From an uncultured bacterium (lineage in GTDB: Bacteria; Verrucomicrobiota; Kiritimatiellia; PWTM01): a stretch of DNA of 64,000 nucleotides. Both the position numbers and the translations under genes were made by a program. Shown piece by piece: positions 51,251 to 62,111 of this stretch. How positions within the stretch are numbered: position 1 is the stretch's first letter; each line of letters begins with the position of its first letter. Below the pieces are notes generated by a model, which did no database searches, was not told the origin of the DNA, and saw only the letters and a program-made list of their open reading frames with translations. The DNA lies in NCBI GenBank assembly GCA_937139365.1, contig CAKZPT010000090.1:77346-141345 (forward strand), written 5' to 3'.

Positions 51251-53713
51251 TCAGATGAACAGGGCCCCGCCGGAGCGGTCGGCCTCGGCCAGGAACGTGG
51301 CCACGCCTCCCAATTCGATCCCGTCCAGCAACTCCTCCCTCCGCAGCCCCATCACCTCCATGGACATCGTGCACGCGACCAGCCGCGCCCCGCCGCGGCG
51401 GGCGGAGTCGATCATCTCCGGCAGCGAGGCGACGTTTCGGCTCCTCATCACGTGTTTCATCATCGCGGTGCCCAAGCCGGCCATGTTCAGCTTCGACAGC
51501 TTCAGCGCCTTGGCGCCACTCGGCATCATCATGCCGAACAGCCGGTCCAAGGCCGTCTTTCCTTCCACGGCGGGGGCCGGGGATTTGCGCAGGGCATTGA
51601 GGCCCCAGAACGTGAAAAACATCGTCACGGGCTGGCCCATCGCCAAGGCGCCGTTCGCGATGACGAAGGCGGCGAGCACGCGGTCGAGGTCGCCGGAGAA
51701 GACGATGATCGTCTGGCCGCGCGCTCCCGTCCCGGCCGGTTCCGCCGCGGGGGCCGGCCGCGCGGCGCCCTTGCGGATCCGCGCGACGGCGTGCCCCCCC
51801 TCGTCGACCAGGCTCACCAGTTCATGGCCGTTGCGATCGCACCAGACGGCGACGTCCGATCGGAATCCGGGATCCGTGGCCCGCACGACCATCTCCTGCC
51901 CCGGCGCCATGGCCTCCATCTCCGCCTTGAGTTTCAAGATGGGGCCGGGGCACTGAAGGGCGGTGCAGTCCAGTTCGCGCGCGACGCCGGCGGGCGCTGG
52001 GGGCGCCTCCATTTTTTCCTCCGCGTAATGCAGCGTCGCGGGCGCCGGCCGGTCGAGTTCCGGCCCGAGCGAACGGTGTATGCAGCGGAACGTCAGCAGG
52101 CCGCCGGCCAGCGTCGCGACGTCCGCAAACCCCGACTGCGCGAGGATCCGATAGGCCAGGTAGCTGCGAAACCCGACCTTGCAGTACACGCGGATGGGCT
52201 GGCTCCGGGGCAGCTCGCCCAGCCGGGCGCGCAACTCGCCCAGCGGCAGGTTACGGGCACCGGAGATGTGGCCGGCCTCGAACTCCGCCGGACTCCGGAC
52301 ATCGAGCACCAGCGCGCCTTCCACGGCGCCGGGGTAATCCTCGGCATACCAAAAACGGACATCCCCGCGCAGTAGGTTGGAGGCGACGAACCCGGCCATG
52401 TTGACCGGATCTTTGGCCGACCCGAAAGGCGGCGCGTAGGCCAGCTCGAGGTGCTCGAGGTCGAAGACCGTCAGCCCGGCGCGAAGCGCCGTCGCGAAGA
52501 CATCGAGACGTTTGTCCACGCCGTCGAAACCGACCACCTGGGCGCCGAGCAGCCGTCCCGAATCGGGAGCGAACAACAGCTTGATGTGCATCGGCGAGGT
52601 GCCGGGGTAGTACCCGGCGTGGCCCGAGGGGTGGAGGTAGACCTTGCGGTACGGCAGGCCGGCGCGGAGCAGGTTTTTCTCGGTGGCCCCCGTGCCGCCG
52701 GCGGTCATGTTGAACACCTTGACGATCGCGGTGCCCTGCGTGCCGCGGTAGGCGGAGGTGCGTCCGGCGATGTGGTCGGCGGCGATTCGCCCCTGACGGT
52801 TGGCCGGTCCGGCGAGCGGGATGTTCCACGAGCCGGGCAGCACGGCGTGCGGCGTCTCGACCGCGTCGCCGACGGCGTAAATGGCGGGGTCGGAGGTGCG
52901 CTGGTGCTCGTCGACGAGGATGCCGCCGCGCGGCCCCAACGCCAGCCCGGCCGCGCGGGCCAGCGTCACCTCCGGCCGGACGCCAGCCGCGAGCACGACG
53001 AAGTCGGCCGTCAACACCGTCCCGTTGGTCAGCTCAGCGCTGATCCGGCCGCCAGACGAGGTGCGGAAAGCAGCGGCCGCCGTACCTAGGTGCAGGCGGA
53101 CACCGCGCGCCCGCAAATGGTCCTCCAGGGGCGCGGACATCTCCTTGTCGATCGGCGGCATGATCTGGTCCACCATCTCGACCAGGTCCACCTCCAACCC
53201 CCGGTGGCGCAGGTTCTCGGCCATCTCCACACCGATGTAGCCGCCGCCGATGACGATGGCGCCGCGGGCGCCTCTGTCCACCCGGCGCCGGATCTCGTCC
53301 ATGTCCTCGACGTTGCGCAGGCACAGCACGCGGGGATCGTCGATCCCGGGCAGGTCGGGGCGGACGGGGACGGCGCCGGGGGCGAGCACGAGCACGTCGT
53401 AGGGCTCCTCGTACTCCGCACCGCTGTCGAGGTTCCGCGCACGGATCTTCCGCGCGGTCCGGTCGATCGCCGTCACCTCGTGGCCGACGCGCACGTCGAT
53501 ATTCAGGGAGGCGCGCAGGCCCTCGGGCGATTGGAGCAGCAGCAGGCTGCGGTCCTTGATCACGTCGCCGATGTGATACGGCAGGCCGCAGTTGGCGTAG
53601 GAGACATAGCGAGTGCGCTCGAGCACCAGGATGCGCGCCGACTCGTCGAGCCGTCGGAGCCGGGCGGCCGTCGAGGCTCCCCCCGCGACGCCGCCGACGA
53701 TGACCACGTTCAT
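51251..53713 (-). CDS. Four-domain CoA-disulfide reductase-like flavoprotein, fused to rhodanese, TusA and DsrE-like domains
   Basis: FAD/NAD domain with the CoADR-type redox Cys in SYANCGLPY. Rhodanese CxxGxR motif in YCKVGFRS. TusA CPxP motif in LQCPGP. DsrE/DsrF-like C-terminus with LVACTMS. 819 aa from MNVVIVGG. Confidence 0.8.
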   Translation of the reverse strand: MNVVIVGGVAGGASTAARLRRLDESARILVLERTRYVSYANCGLPYHIGDVIKDRSLLLLQSPEGLRASLNIDVRVGHEVTAIDRTARKIRARNLDSGAEYEEPYDVLVLAPGAVPVRPDLPGIDDPRVLCLRNVEDMDEIRRRVDRGARGAIVIGGGYIGVEMAENLRHRGLEVDLVEMVDQIMPPIDKEMSAPLEDHLRARGVRLHLGTAAAAFRTSSGGRISAELTNGTVLTADFVVLAAGVRPEVTLARAAGLALGPRGGILVDEHQRTSDPAIYAVGDAVETPHAVLPGSWNIPLAGPANRQGRIAADHIAGRTSAYRGTQGTAIVKVFNMTAGGTGATEKNLLRAGLPYRKVYLHPSGHAGYYPGTSPMHIKLLFAPDSGRLLGAQVVGFDGVDKRLDVFATALRAGLTVFDLEHLELAYAPPFGSAKDPVNMAGFVASNLLRGDVRFWYAEDYPGAVEGALVLDVRSPAEFEAGHISGARNLPLGELRARLGELPRSQPIRVYCKVGFRSYLAYRILAQSGFADVATLAGGLLTFRCIHRSLGPELDRPAPATLHYAEEKMEAPPAPAGVARELDCTALQCPGPILKLKAEMEAMAPGQEMVVRATDPGFRSDVAVWCDRNGHELVSLVDEGGHAVARIRKGAARPAPAAEPAGTGARGQTIIVFSGDLDRVLAAFVIANGALAMGQPVTMFFTFWGLNALRKSPAPAVEGKTALDRLFGMMMPSGAKALKLSKLNMAGLGTAMMKHVMRSRNVASLPEMIDSARRGGARLVACTMSMEVMGLRREELLDGIELGGVATFLAEADRSGGALFI

Positions 53714-54741
53714 GGGGCCTCCATGTCTGACCGCGCTGGCACGGAAAAAAAGCATCTCACGATACCGTCACGGAATGAACAGTGCAAATCATCGGCGCGA
53801 CCAGGAGCAGATGAGGGCGGCGGGTCATCGGCCCAATCGCAGAACAATCCGTCCGAGCCCTTGCCCCGGAGCCTACCGTTGGTGACGAGGCGCCGTCGGC
53901 GACCACCCATGTGCCGCGACCGGACCCATCGAGAAAGACCGCCGCCGCCCCCGCGTGGCACGGCCCGGAGGCCGCCAAAGGCGACCGGCGTCGTGCCCCG
54001 AAATCCACGAAAACGGCCCACGATTCGATGTCCGCGAGTGCTGGCCCGTTACCGCCTCCAGTTCGTACCGATCCCCCCACTGCCGGCGCCGATACAGAGA
54101 AAGGCCGACCCGTCCCACGCGGCCGCAGGCGTAGGCCGAACCGACGACCTCGAAACTGTCCCTCCGGTCGCCGTCCATGAACAGCCGAGCGCCGGCGTGC
54201 ACGCCGGCCGCTGAGCTATTCGCGCCGGCAGTTCCGTCGGCCCCGCCGACGTCAGCAAAACGCCCACGCCGCCGACCGGCGCCCCCGACGGCTCGCCGTG
54301 TAGCACGAACCTCAGGTCGGAACCGATCCGTTTCAACACCTGCAGTCCACTCCACCCATCGGCGGCGATGGCGCCGTGGACATGCACGCCACCAAATGTT
54401 GCGCTACCAGCGACCCCACCCTTTCCCAGGCCCGTTCTACGATGGCGGGCTACGCGCGAACACCGCACACGGTAAAGGCCCCCGCCACGCGCCGAACCAT
54501 GATTCGTGCCCGCCCTGCCCTCCCCGGTGCCGGAGCGGATAGCACGGTCCGGTCCAGCCGGGTGTGCGTCCGCCTCCGCGCTTTTTGATGCCGAGTGAAC
54601 CCGCACTGGAACGACAGCCGTTCGAACGACCGGAACCGATCTTGCCGGCTCAACCGCGACGGACAAAACCCGCCTACGCCCACTCAAATGGTCAACTCGA
54701 ATGATCCGGAGCTTCCGCGAAACATCATGCCGACGGGCAGC

Positions 54742-54778
54742 GGTTGGAGGGGAGGCCCCGCCGGCGGTGGCCTCCAAC
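54742..54778. other. GC-rich hairpin (9-bp stem GGTTGGAGG / CCTCCAACC)
   Basis: The inverted repeat is seen directly in the sequence. No T-run follows on either strand, so it is not a canonical intrinsic terminator. It lies about 100 nt downstream of the small lipoprotein gene. Confidence 0.3.
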
Positions 54779-54876
54779 CCCAGGACCGCAAAAGGACCGG
54801 GGCGGTCAAAGCCTGAAATCGCGCGGCGGAAGCTCGTGGGAGCGCGGGGCGGCCCGCCGCCCGCCGGGCCGCAGCG

Positions 54877-55083
54877 TCAATAGCGCTCGGGCATCATGGT
54901 TCCCGGCATCAGCAGTTGGCCTTCCCACGCCTGCTGCCGGTTCCACGGCAGTTCGGACTCGGTATCGGGATCGGTGGTCGCGCACCCCGCGGTCCAGAGG
55001 AGGGCCGTGACGCCGACCCATACCGCGATCACCGCGCGGGCGGATCGGGGGACGCCGTTTTTCATTCCGGGAGCACAGGCCAC
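54877..55083 (-). CDS. Possible small lipoprotein (about 60-68 aa)
   Basis: Signal peptide with lipobox ...AVIAVWVGVTALLWTAGC. This is the only supporting evidence. Confidence 0.3.
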   Translation of the reverse strand: MACAPGMKNGVPRSARAVIAVWVGVTALLWTAGCATTDPDTESELPWNRQQAWEGQLLMPGTMMPERY

Positions 55084-55182
55084 ACAGTCGGCGGAGCGCC
55101 GTAATCCCGCATTTCAATCAATTGCAACGCCACCACGGCGGCCAGGCACAGCGTGGCGACGACCGACAGGACCGCCATCACC

Positions 55183-56034
55183 TTAATAGAGGACACGGTC
55201 GCCCTCCTCCATGGGTGAAACCGCCCACTCGTTTTCGATGTCCGCGATCGCCATGTGCTCGGCGGCCTGGGTGATCCGGACCTTCCCGATGAGCTGATCG
55301 CCGCGGTGCACCAGCATGTATGCGTCCTTCACCAATCCCTCGCGGGAGCCGATGTCGAGCACCACGAAGTTCCACTCCGTGTTCACCGCCACAATGTTCC
55401 CGTTGAGGCCCCGCGGCATCTGTTTCACGATGTTCGGGTCGTTCAAGTAGCGCGCCAGTTCCAGCTCGAGCCGCCTGACCTCGTCCTTCAAGTCGGCCTT
55501 GTCATTGTCGAGCTTGGCGATCTGCTCCTTGTTCTGCTCGATCGCGCGGTTGAGCTCGCCGATCTTCTCCTGGCGAGCGCCGATCTCGCGCTCGACGCTG
55601 GCCAGCTCAGCCTCCTTTTCGGCGATCCGCTGCCGCACGCCGGCAATCTGGCGGCGGGTGTCCTCCAGCTCCTGCCGGGTCCTCGCCAGCTCCTGCTTGG
55701 TCTGGTTGAGTTCGTCCGTGGTTCGCTTCAGGTCGTCCTTGGCTGCGTACAACTGGTCGTAGCGATTCTCCACCAGGGTTTCGACCACCCGGATCTGTCG
55801 CGCCATCGCGGCCGACTGCATCAGGCTGTTGCGGTCCACCTTTTGGTCGATCGGCTCGATGTAGGGTTCGCGGCCGGCCGCCAGAATTTCGGCCACCTGG
55901 ACGAGGTTGGCCTCGAGCGTTTGGACGCTGTGCTTCAGTTCTAAGCGCCGCGCGAACACCCGGTACTCGAGGAACGCGACGGCTCCCGCCAGAAGGAGGA
56001 TCAGCACCACCATTATCTGAAGAAATTTCGACAT
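55183..56034 (-). CDS. Membrane-anchored long coiled-coil protein with a C-terminal MreC-like beta-barrel domain (paralog 1)
   Basis: N-terminal TM segment IMVVLILLLAGAVAFL. About 180 aa of heptad-rich sequence, TTDELNQTKQELARTRQELEDTRRQIAG... C-terminal GNIVAVNTEWNFVVLDIGSREGLVKDAYMLVHRGDQLIGKVRI, which resembles the MreC beta-barrel block GxV...W...IDxGxxxGVxxxMxV...GLVGxV. Confidence 0.55.
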   Translation of the reverse strand: MSKFLQIMVVLILLLAGAVAFLEYRVFARRLELKHSVQTLEANLVQVAEILAAGREPYIEPIDQKVDRNSLMQSAAMARQIRVVETLVENRYDQLYAAKDDLKRTTDELNQTKQELARTRQELEDTRRQIAGVRQRIAEKEAELASVEREIGARQEKIGELNRAIEQNKEQIAKLDNDKADLKDEVRRLELELARYLNDPNIVKQMPRGLNGNIVAVNTEWNFVVLDIGSREGLVKDAYMLVHRGDQLIGKVRITQAAEHMAIADIENEWAVSPMEEGDRVLY

Positions 56035-56061
56035 GGCGTCGCCTCGTCCGATTTGATGCCG

Positions 56062-56916
56062 TTACTGAATGAAGACCCGGTCGCCCGGCTGCACCGGCTG
56101 CCGGAGCCAGTCGCGCTCTACGTCGCCCACCGATAGGTGGTCCCGAACGTCGGAAATCCGGATCCGGCCGACCATCTCCTCGCCGCGGTGGACGAGCATG
56201 ACGGTGTTCTTCTGAAGGCCGTGTTCCTTGCCGATGTCGAGGATCACGAAGTTCCACTGGGGATCCACGATCATGACGTTGCCGCGCAGGTGCTTGGCGA
56301 GGTCCCGGCTGGGCAGCGGCGGCGGCAGGAAGGGGGCCAGCGCGTCCTCCAGCCGCTGTTTCTCCTCCAGCAGCACCTTCTTTTCCTTCTCGAGGGTCGC
56401 GATCTGCCCTTTTTGCTCGTCGACCTGCCGGTTCAGCTCATCGATCTGGCTGCTGAGCTCGTTGAGCTCCTGCCGCGCCTGCGCGATCTGGGCCTCCTTC
56501 TGGGCCAGTTGCTCGTTGAGCATCGCCAGCTCCTGGCGCGCGCCGTCCAGTTCCTGGCGAGTGCGGGCCAGTTCCTGCTGCGTCGCCGTCAGCTCGTCGC
56601 GAGTCAGCTTCAGCGTGTCCCTGGTCTGGTGGAGCTGATCGCAGCGAACGGCGACGTTGGATTTCAGCCCCTCCAACGGCGCAGCCATGGCCGCGGTCGT
56701 CGCGAGGCCCGCGGGGCTCAATGGCTCCCCGAGCGCTTCGACGAACGGCTCGCGAGCCGCCGAGACCTTCTGCGAGATTCGGGCAAACCCCTCGCGCAAC
56801 GTTTTCGCCCGCACCAACAGTTCCTGCCGCTGACGGAACATGATCACTTCGAGGACCAGCGCCCCGATGCTGACCAGCAGCGCCAGGATCAGAAACACCC
56901 GCAAGACCTTGCCCAT
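56062..56916 (-). CDS. Membrane-anchored long coiled-coil protein with a C-terminal MreC-like domain (paralog 2)
   Basis: Same architecture as the upstream paralog. About 50% identity in the C-terminal domain: GNVMIVDPQWNFVILDIGKEHGLQKNTVMLVHRGEEMVGRIRI. The coiled coils are similar too (ELARTRQEL conserved). It starts at MGKVLRVFLIL. Confidence 0.55.
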   Translation of the reverse strand: MGKVLRVFLILALLVSIGALVLEVIMFRQRQELLVRAKTLREGFARISQKVSAAREPFVEALGEPLSPAGLATTAAMAAPLEGLKSNVAVRCDQLHQTRDTLKLTRDELTATQQELARTRQELDGARQELAMLNEQLAQKEAQIAQARQELNELSSQIDELNRQVDEQKGQIATLEKEKKVLLEEKQRLEDALAPFLPPPLPSRDLAKHLRGNVMIVDPQWNFVILDIGKEHGLQKNTVMLVHRGEEMVGRIRISDVRDHLSVGDVERDWLRQPVQPGDRVFIQ

Positions 56917-57033
56917 GACGTTTCCTCCGGACGCTGGCCCCGCGGTCCGGTCCGCGCGCCCGCGGCATCTAATCAACACAAATCCGGACGCAAATGCAAG
57001 ACGAATTTATGGCCCCCGGCAGTCCGCCCGCCC

Positions 57034-57906
57034 TCAGGCCTGCGGGGGCGACGGTTCGATCAACGAACCGGCCGTGCCGATCCGGCCTCCGAGCGCCGCC
57101 TCCGCCACGCTGCGGCCGTCGGAGAGCACCGGTGCCCGCCGCGGGATCCACAACCGCCGCCGCGCCCGGCCGATCAACCGGTAGCCGGGGCTCAAAAACA
57201 ACAGGGCATCGAGCTGGGCCGCCGTCCACGATAGCCATGCGAGGCCCCGCCACGCGTCCGCCTGCGCCCGGCAGAGCGTAATCGGGTCCGGCCGCCCCCC
57301 CGCTTCCGCCCGAGCCAGCCGCACAGTCCTCCGCCGACTAAGGACATCCACCCACTCGATCAGCAGCCGCGAATAACGCCGGCAGTCCTGCAGGTCGAAC
57401 CCGTCCTTCAACACCTCGAACAGGCGCGCCACCGTGAACCCGCCGTGCGGCCGAGTTGGCTCGCCGGCCAGCGCGCAGACCAGCGACAACGGGGATATCC
57501 GCGCCGCGAACGGCACGCTGATCACCAACCGTCCCGCCGGCTTGAGGACGCGATGCACTTCGCGGATCCACGTCGCCTGCTCCGCCACGTCGTCGGGAAG
57601 GACCAGCAGCACGGCAAGGTCGAACGTCTGGTCCTTCAACGGCAGCCGGCCGTCCTCGATCGCCACCACCCCGCGATCTCCGCAGAGATACCGAAGCGAC
57701 TCCAAAGCCGGCCCCAACGGTTCGGCGCTGGTCCACTCGCCTCCGCGGGCCCGCAGGAGGGCGCTCACCCATCCCGCCTCCCCTCCAATGTCTAGGCCCC
57801 GCAGCCCCGTCGGATCGCCGATCATCATCTCCAACTGGCGCATCCGAAGCATCAGCCGCGCGGATCCTCGCGCGGCCGGCAGGAGGGCGGCGGGCGCGTA
57901 TGGCAT
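57034..57906 (-). CDS. Putative class I SAM-dependent methyltransferase
   Basis: Degenerate motif I GLDIGGEAGW, a post-I acidic residue, and VLKPAGRLVI (motif III-like). Probably starts at MPYAPAALL. Confidence 0.45.
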   Translation of the reverse strand: MPYAPAALLPAARGSARLMLRMRQLEMMIGDPTGLRGLDIGGEAGWVSALLRARGGEWTSAEPLGPALESLRYLCGDRGVVAIEDGRLPLKDQTFDLAVLLVLPDDVAEQATWIREVHRVLKPAGRLVISVPFAARISPLSLVCALAGEPTRPHGGFTVARLFEVLKDGFDLQDCRRYSRLLIEWVDVLSRRRTVRLARAEAGGRPDPITLCRAQADAWRGLAWLSWTAAQLDALLFLSPGYRLIGRARRRLWIPRRAPVLSDGRSVAEAALGGRIGTAGSLIEPSPPQA

Positions 57907-58148
57907 CCCCCCGCCGGTCTCGGACCGTCGTTCCATGGCCGGATACTTTATAGCGCGCCCGGGGAATGCGATGCGAACCCCTGCCCGGCCGTCGCCCTTG
58001 TTGCCCCGGGCGATCGGTGTCCGGCAACGGCCGCTCGCCAAATACATCGCCCCCCCCAATCGCGTCCGGAGCACGGCAGCTCTCCGGAACCCCGTTCTTT
58101 GACTCCGGCCGGCACCGCCGTATGGTATGGTCTTCTTGGACGACGCCG

Positions 58149-58493
58149 ATGGACACCGAACCGCCAGCGCCGGCCGTTTCGGCCGAGGATGCGGACCTCA
58201 CCGCCCGCATCTGGGAGGCCCTTGCGAAGGTTCACGACCCGGAGTTGCACGCCGACGTCGTCAACCTCGGTCTGGTGTACGGTGTCGAGGTGCGCGAGGG
58301 GGCGGCGAAGGTGCGCCTGACGTTCACCTCGCCCGGATGCCCCTACGGCCCCTACCTCGCCCATCTCGTGCGCGAGGCGGTCCGTGCCGTCCCCGGCGTG
58401 GTCTCGGCCGACCTCGACCTGGTCTTCGACCCGCCCTGGCATCCGGCGCTGATGAGCGAGGAACTTCGGCTGGAGCTGGGATTCGACCTATAA
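58149..58493 (+). CDS. sufT: Fe-S cluster assembly protein SufT (DUF59/MIP18 family)
   Basis: IWEALAKVHDPELHADVVNLGLVYGVEV...LTFTSPGCPYGP is the DUF59 signature, with its conserved Cys. It lies immediately upstream of sufC. Confidence 0.7.
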   Translation: MDTEPPAPAVSAEDADLTARIWEALAKVHDPELHADVVNLGLVYGVEVREGAAKVRLTFTSPGCPYGPYLAHLVREAVRAVPGVVSADLDLVFDPPWHPALMSEELRLELGFDL

Positions 58494-58500
58494 GGACGCG

Positions 58501-59274
58501 ATGACGAACGCGCCGCAACCGCTGCTGCAGATCGAGGGCCTCCGAGCCGGGGTCGGGGGCCGGGAGATCTTGCGTGGACTCGATCTCGAGATCGCGGCCG
58601 GCGAGATCCACGCCCTGATGGGGCCCAACGGGTCGGGCAAGAGCACGCTGTCGAACGTGCTAATGGGCCATCCCGACTACGAAGTCGGCGCCGGCCGGGT
58701 CCGGCTGGCCGGCGAGGACCTGCTGGAGCTGTCGCCGGAGGAGCGGGCGCGACGGGGGCTCTTCCTGGCGTTTCAGTATCCGGTGGCGATCCCCGGCGTC
58801 AGCGTCGTCCAGTTCCTGAAGGCCGCCGTCGAAGCGGTGCGGGGGCGGGAGAGCGTGCGGGCAGCCGCCTTTCTCCGGGAACTGCGCGAGACCGCCGCGT
58901 TCCTGGAGATCGGCGAGATCTTCCTCAACCGGCCGATCAACGAGGGATTCTCCGGCGGCGAGAAGAAGCGGATGGAGATCCTCCAGATGCTGATGCTGCG
59001 CCCGCGAATGGTCGTCCTCGACGAGACGGACTCGGGGTTGGACATCGACGCGCTAAAGGTTGTCGCCCGCGGCGTGCAGCGCATCGCCGGCCCGTCGGCC
59101 GGCGTGCTGGTGATCACCCATTACGAGCGCATCCTCAACCACATCCCGCCGCACCGCGTCCACATCCTGCTGGAGGGTCGCATCGCGCGGTCGGGGGGCC
59201 CGGAGCTGGTGGCCGAGCTCGAGCGGCGCGGGTACGACTGGCTACGCGAGCCGTCGGCGGCCCCGTCGGGCTGA
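58501..59274 (+). CDS. sufC: Fe-S cluster assembly ATPase SufC
   Basis: [31 protein letters not shown]. Confidence 0.9.
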   Translation: MTNAPQPLLQIEGLRAGVGGREILRGLDLEIAAGEIHALMGPNGSGKSTLSNVLMGHPDYEVGAGRVRLAGEDLLELSPEERARRGLFLAFQYPVAIPGVSVVQFLKAAVEAVRGRESVRAAAFLRELRETAAFLEIGEIFLNRPINEGFSGGEKKRMEILQMLMLRPRMVVLDETDSGLDIDALKVVARGVQRIAGPSAGVLVITHYERILNHIPPHRVHILLEGRIARSGGPELVAELERRGYDWLREPSAAPSG

Positions 59275-59288
59275 TCGGAGGCCGCGCC

Positions 59289-60719
<1,431 letters not shown>

Positions 60720-60767
60720 CCCCGCTGGCCCCGACACGCCCGCGGGGCCGCACGCGGTGTCCGGAGT

Positions 60768-62087
60768 TTGGAACACCGGCAGGCCGCCGTGTCCAAGGCT
60801 TGGAACACCGTGTCTGAGGCCCCGGCCATCCCCCTGCCCCCGGGCACCGCGAACGAGCCGCCGGCGCTGTCCGCGCGCCGTTCCGAAGCCGCGCGGCGCG
60901 CGGCGGACCTCCCCCCGCCCGCGCCGCACGACGAGGAGTGGCGGCGAACGGATCCGGCCCGTTTTCCTCTCGACGCTTGGCCGCCCGTACACCTCGAGCC
61001 CCGTCCGCCGAGGCCAGCCGACGCGGACCCGCTCGACGAGTTTTTCGACGTTGTGATCGAGATGGACGGCTCCGGCTGGTCGGTGCGCGACCGCGGCGGA
61101 GTGACGCAGAGCGGCCGGATCGCCGTCCTGTCGCTGGCGGAGGCCGCGGAGCGACACCCGGACGCCGTCGAGACGCTTTGGACGCTCGAGCCCGCCGTCC
61201 GGCCGCGCGACCGGCACGAGTGGGCGGCGATGGCGGCGGCGGCTGGCGTCTTTATCCGTGTGGAACCGGGCGCCGAGTTCGCTCGGGGGGTGCTCGTCCG
61301 CGTGCGGCAGCCGGCGGGTCGGTGGTTCTGTCCGCTGACGATGCTCGATGTCAGCGAGCGCTCGACGCTTCACGTGGTCTCGGCGATCCTCTCGGAGCCC
61401 GGCGACGGGCTCGCGGCGGAGACCGTGCGGTACCGGGTCGGGGCCGGCGGACGCCTCCGGCTGGCGCGGCTCCAGTTGTGCGCCGGCGGGCCGTCGCAAA
61501 TGGAGTTCGTGCACGGCCGGCTGTCGGAGGATGCGCAGCTCGACGCGGTCAGCGTGCACCTCGGTGGGGCGGCCGTCCGCAGCCGCGTCGGCGCCGAGGC
61601 GGCTGGCCGCGGCGCAGGCGTGCGCATCGGCGGCCTGCTGCTGGCCGCCGGCACCGAGCAGGCGGACCAGCAGACCGTGCAGATCCACTCGGCGCCGGAC
61701 ACCACCAGCGACCTGCTGTTCAAGGCGGCGGTGCGCGACCGCGCCCGCTCCGTCTACCGCGGGCTGATCGCCGCCCATCGCGGGGCGGTTCGCATCGCCG
61801 CCTACCAGAAGAACCAGAACCTCATCCTCAACGAGGGGGCCCGAGTCGACTCGCTGCCGGGCCTGCGCATCGACGCCGACGACCTCACCTGCACGCACGG
61901 CGCAACAATCGGCAGCCTCGACCCCGACGAGCTGTTCTACCTCCGTTCCCGCGGTCTGCCAGAGTCCGTGGCGCGGCGCCTGATCCTCGAGGGATTCTTC
62001 GAGGAGATCGTCTCGCGCCTGGCCATGCCGGCGCTGCGCGACGTCGTGCGGCGACACCTGGCGGAACGCATGGACGCACCCGCCTGA
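60768..62087 (+). CDS. sufD: Fe-S cluster assembly protein SufD
   Basis: SufB/SufD family C-terminal domain. Called by its position after sufB. The SufD-type C-terminus is ...LFYLRSRGLPESVARRLILEGFF. Confidence 0.85.
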   Translation: MEHRQAAVSKAWNTVSEAPAIPLPPGTANEPPALSARRSEAARRAADLPPPAPHDEEWRRTDPARFPLDAWPPVHLEPRPPRPADADPLDEFFDVVIEMDGSGWSVRDRGGVTQSGRIAVLSLAEAAERHPDAVETLWTLEPAVRPRDRHEWAAMAAAAGVFIRVEPGAEFARGVLVRVRQPAGRWFCPLTMLDVSERSTLHVVSAILSEPGDGLAAETVRYRVGAGGRLRLARLQLCAGGPSQMEFVHGRLSEDAQLDAVSVHLGGAAVRSRVGAEAAGRGAGVRIGGLLLAAGTEQADQQTVQIHSAPDTTSDLLFKAAVRDRARSVYRGLIAAHRGAVRIAAYQKNQNLILNEGARVDSLPGLRIDADDLTCTHGATIGSLDPDELFYLRSRGLPESVARRLILEGFFEEIVSRLAMPALRDVVRRHLAERMDAPA

Positions 62088-62111
62088 CCGCCCCGCGCCC
62101 CTCCGATACGC

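Noticed and set aside
54610-54630. GTTCGAA T-loop-like motif as a possible tRNA
   Set aside because: I could not build a flanking T-stem, acceptor stem or anticodon arm on either strand. The motif is just the palindrome TTCGAA.
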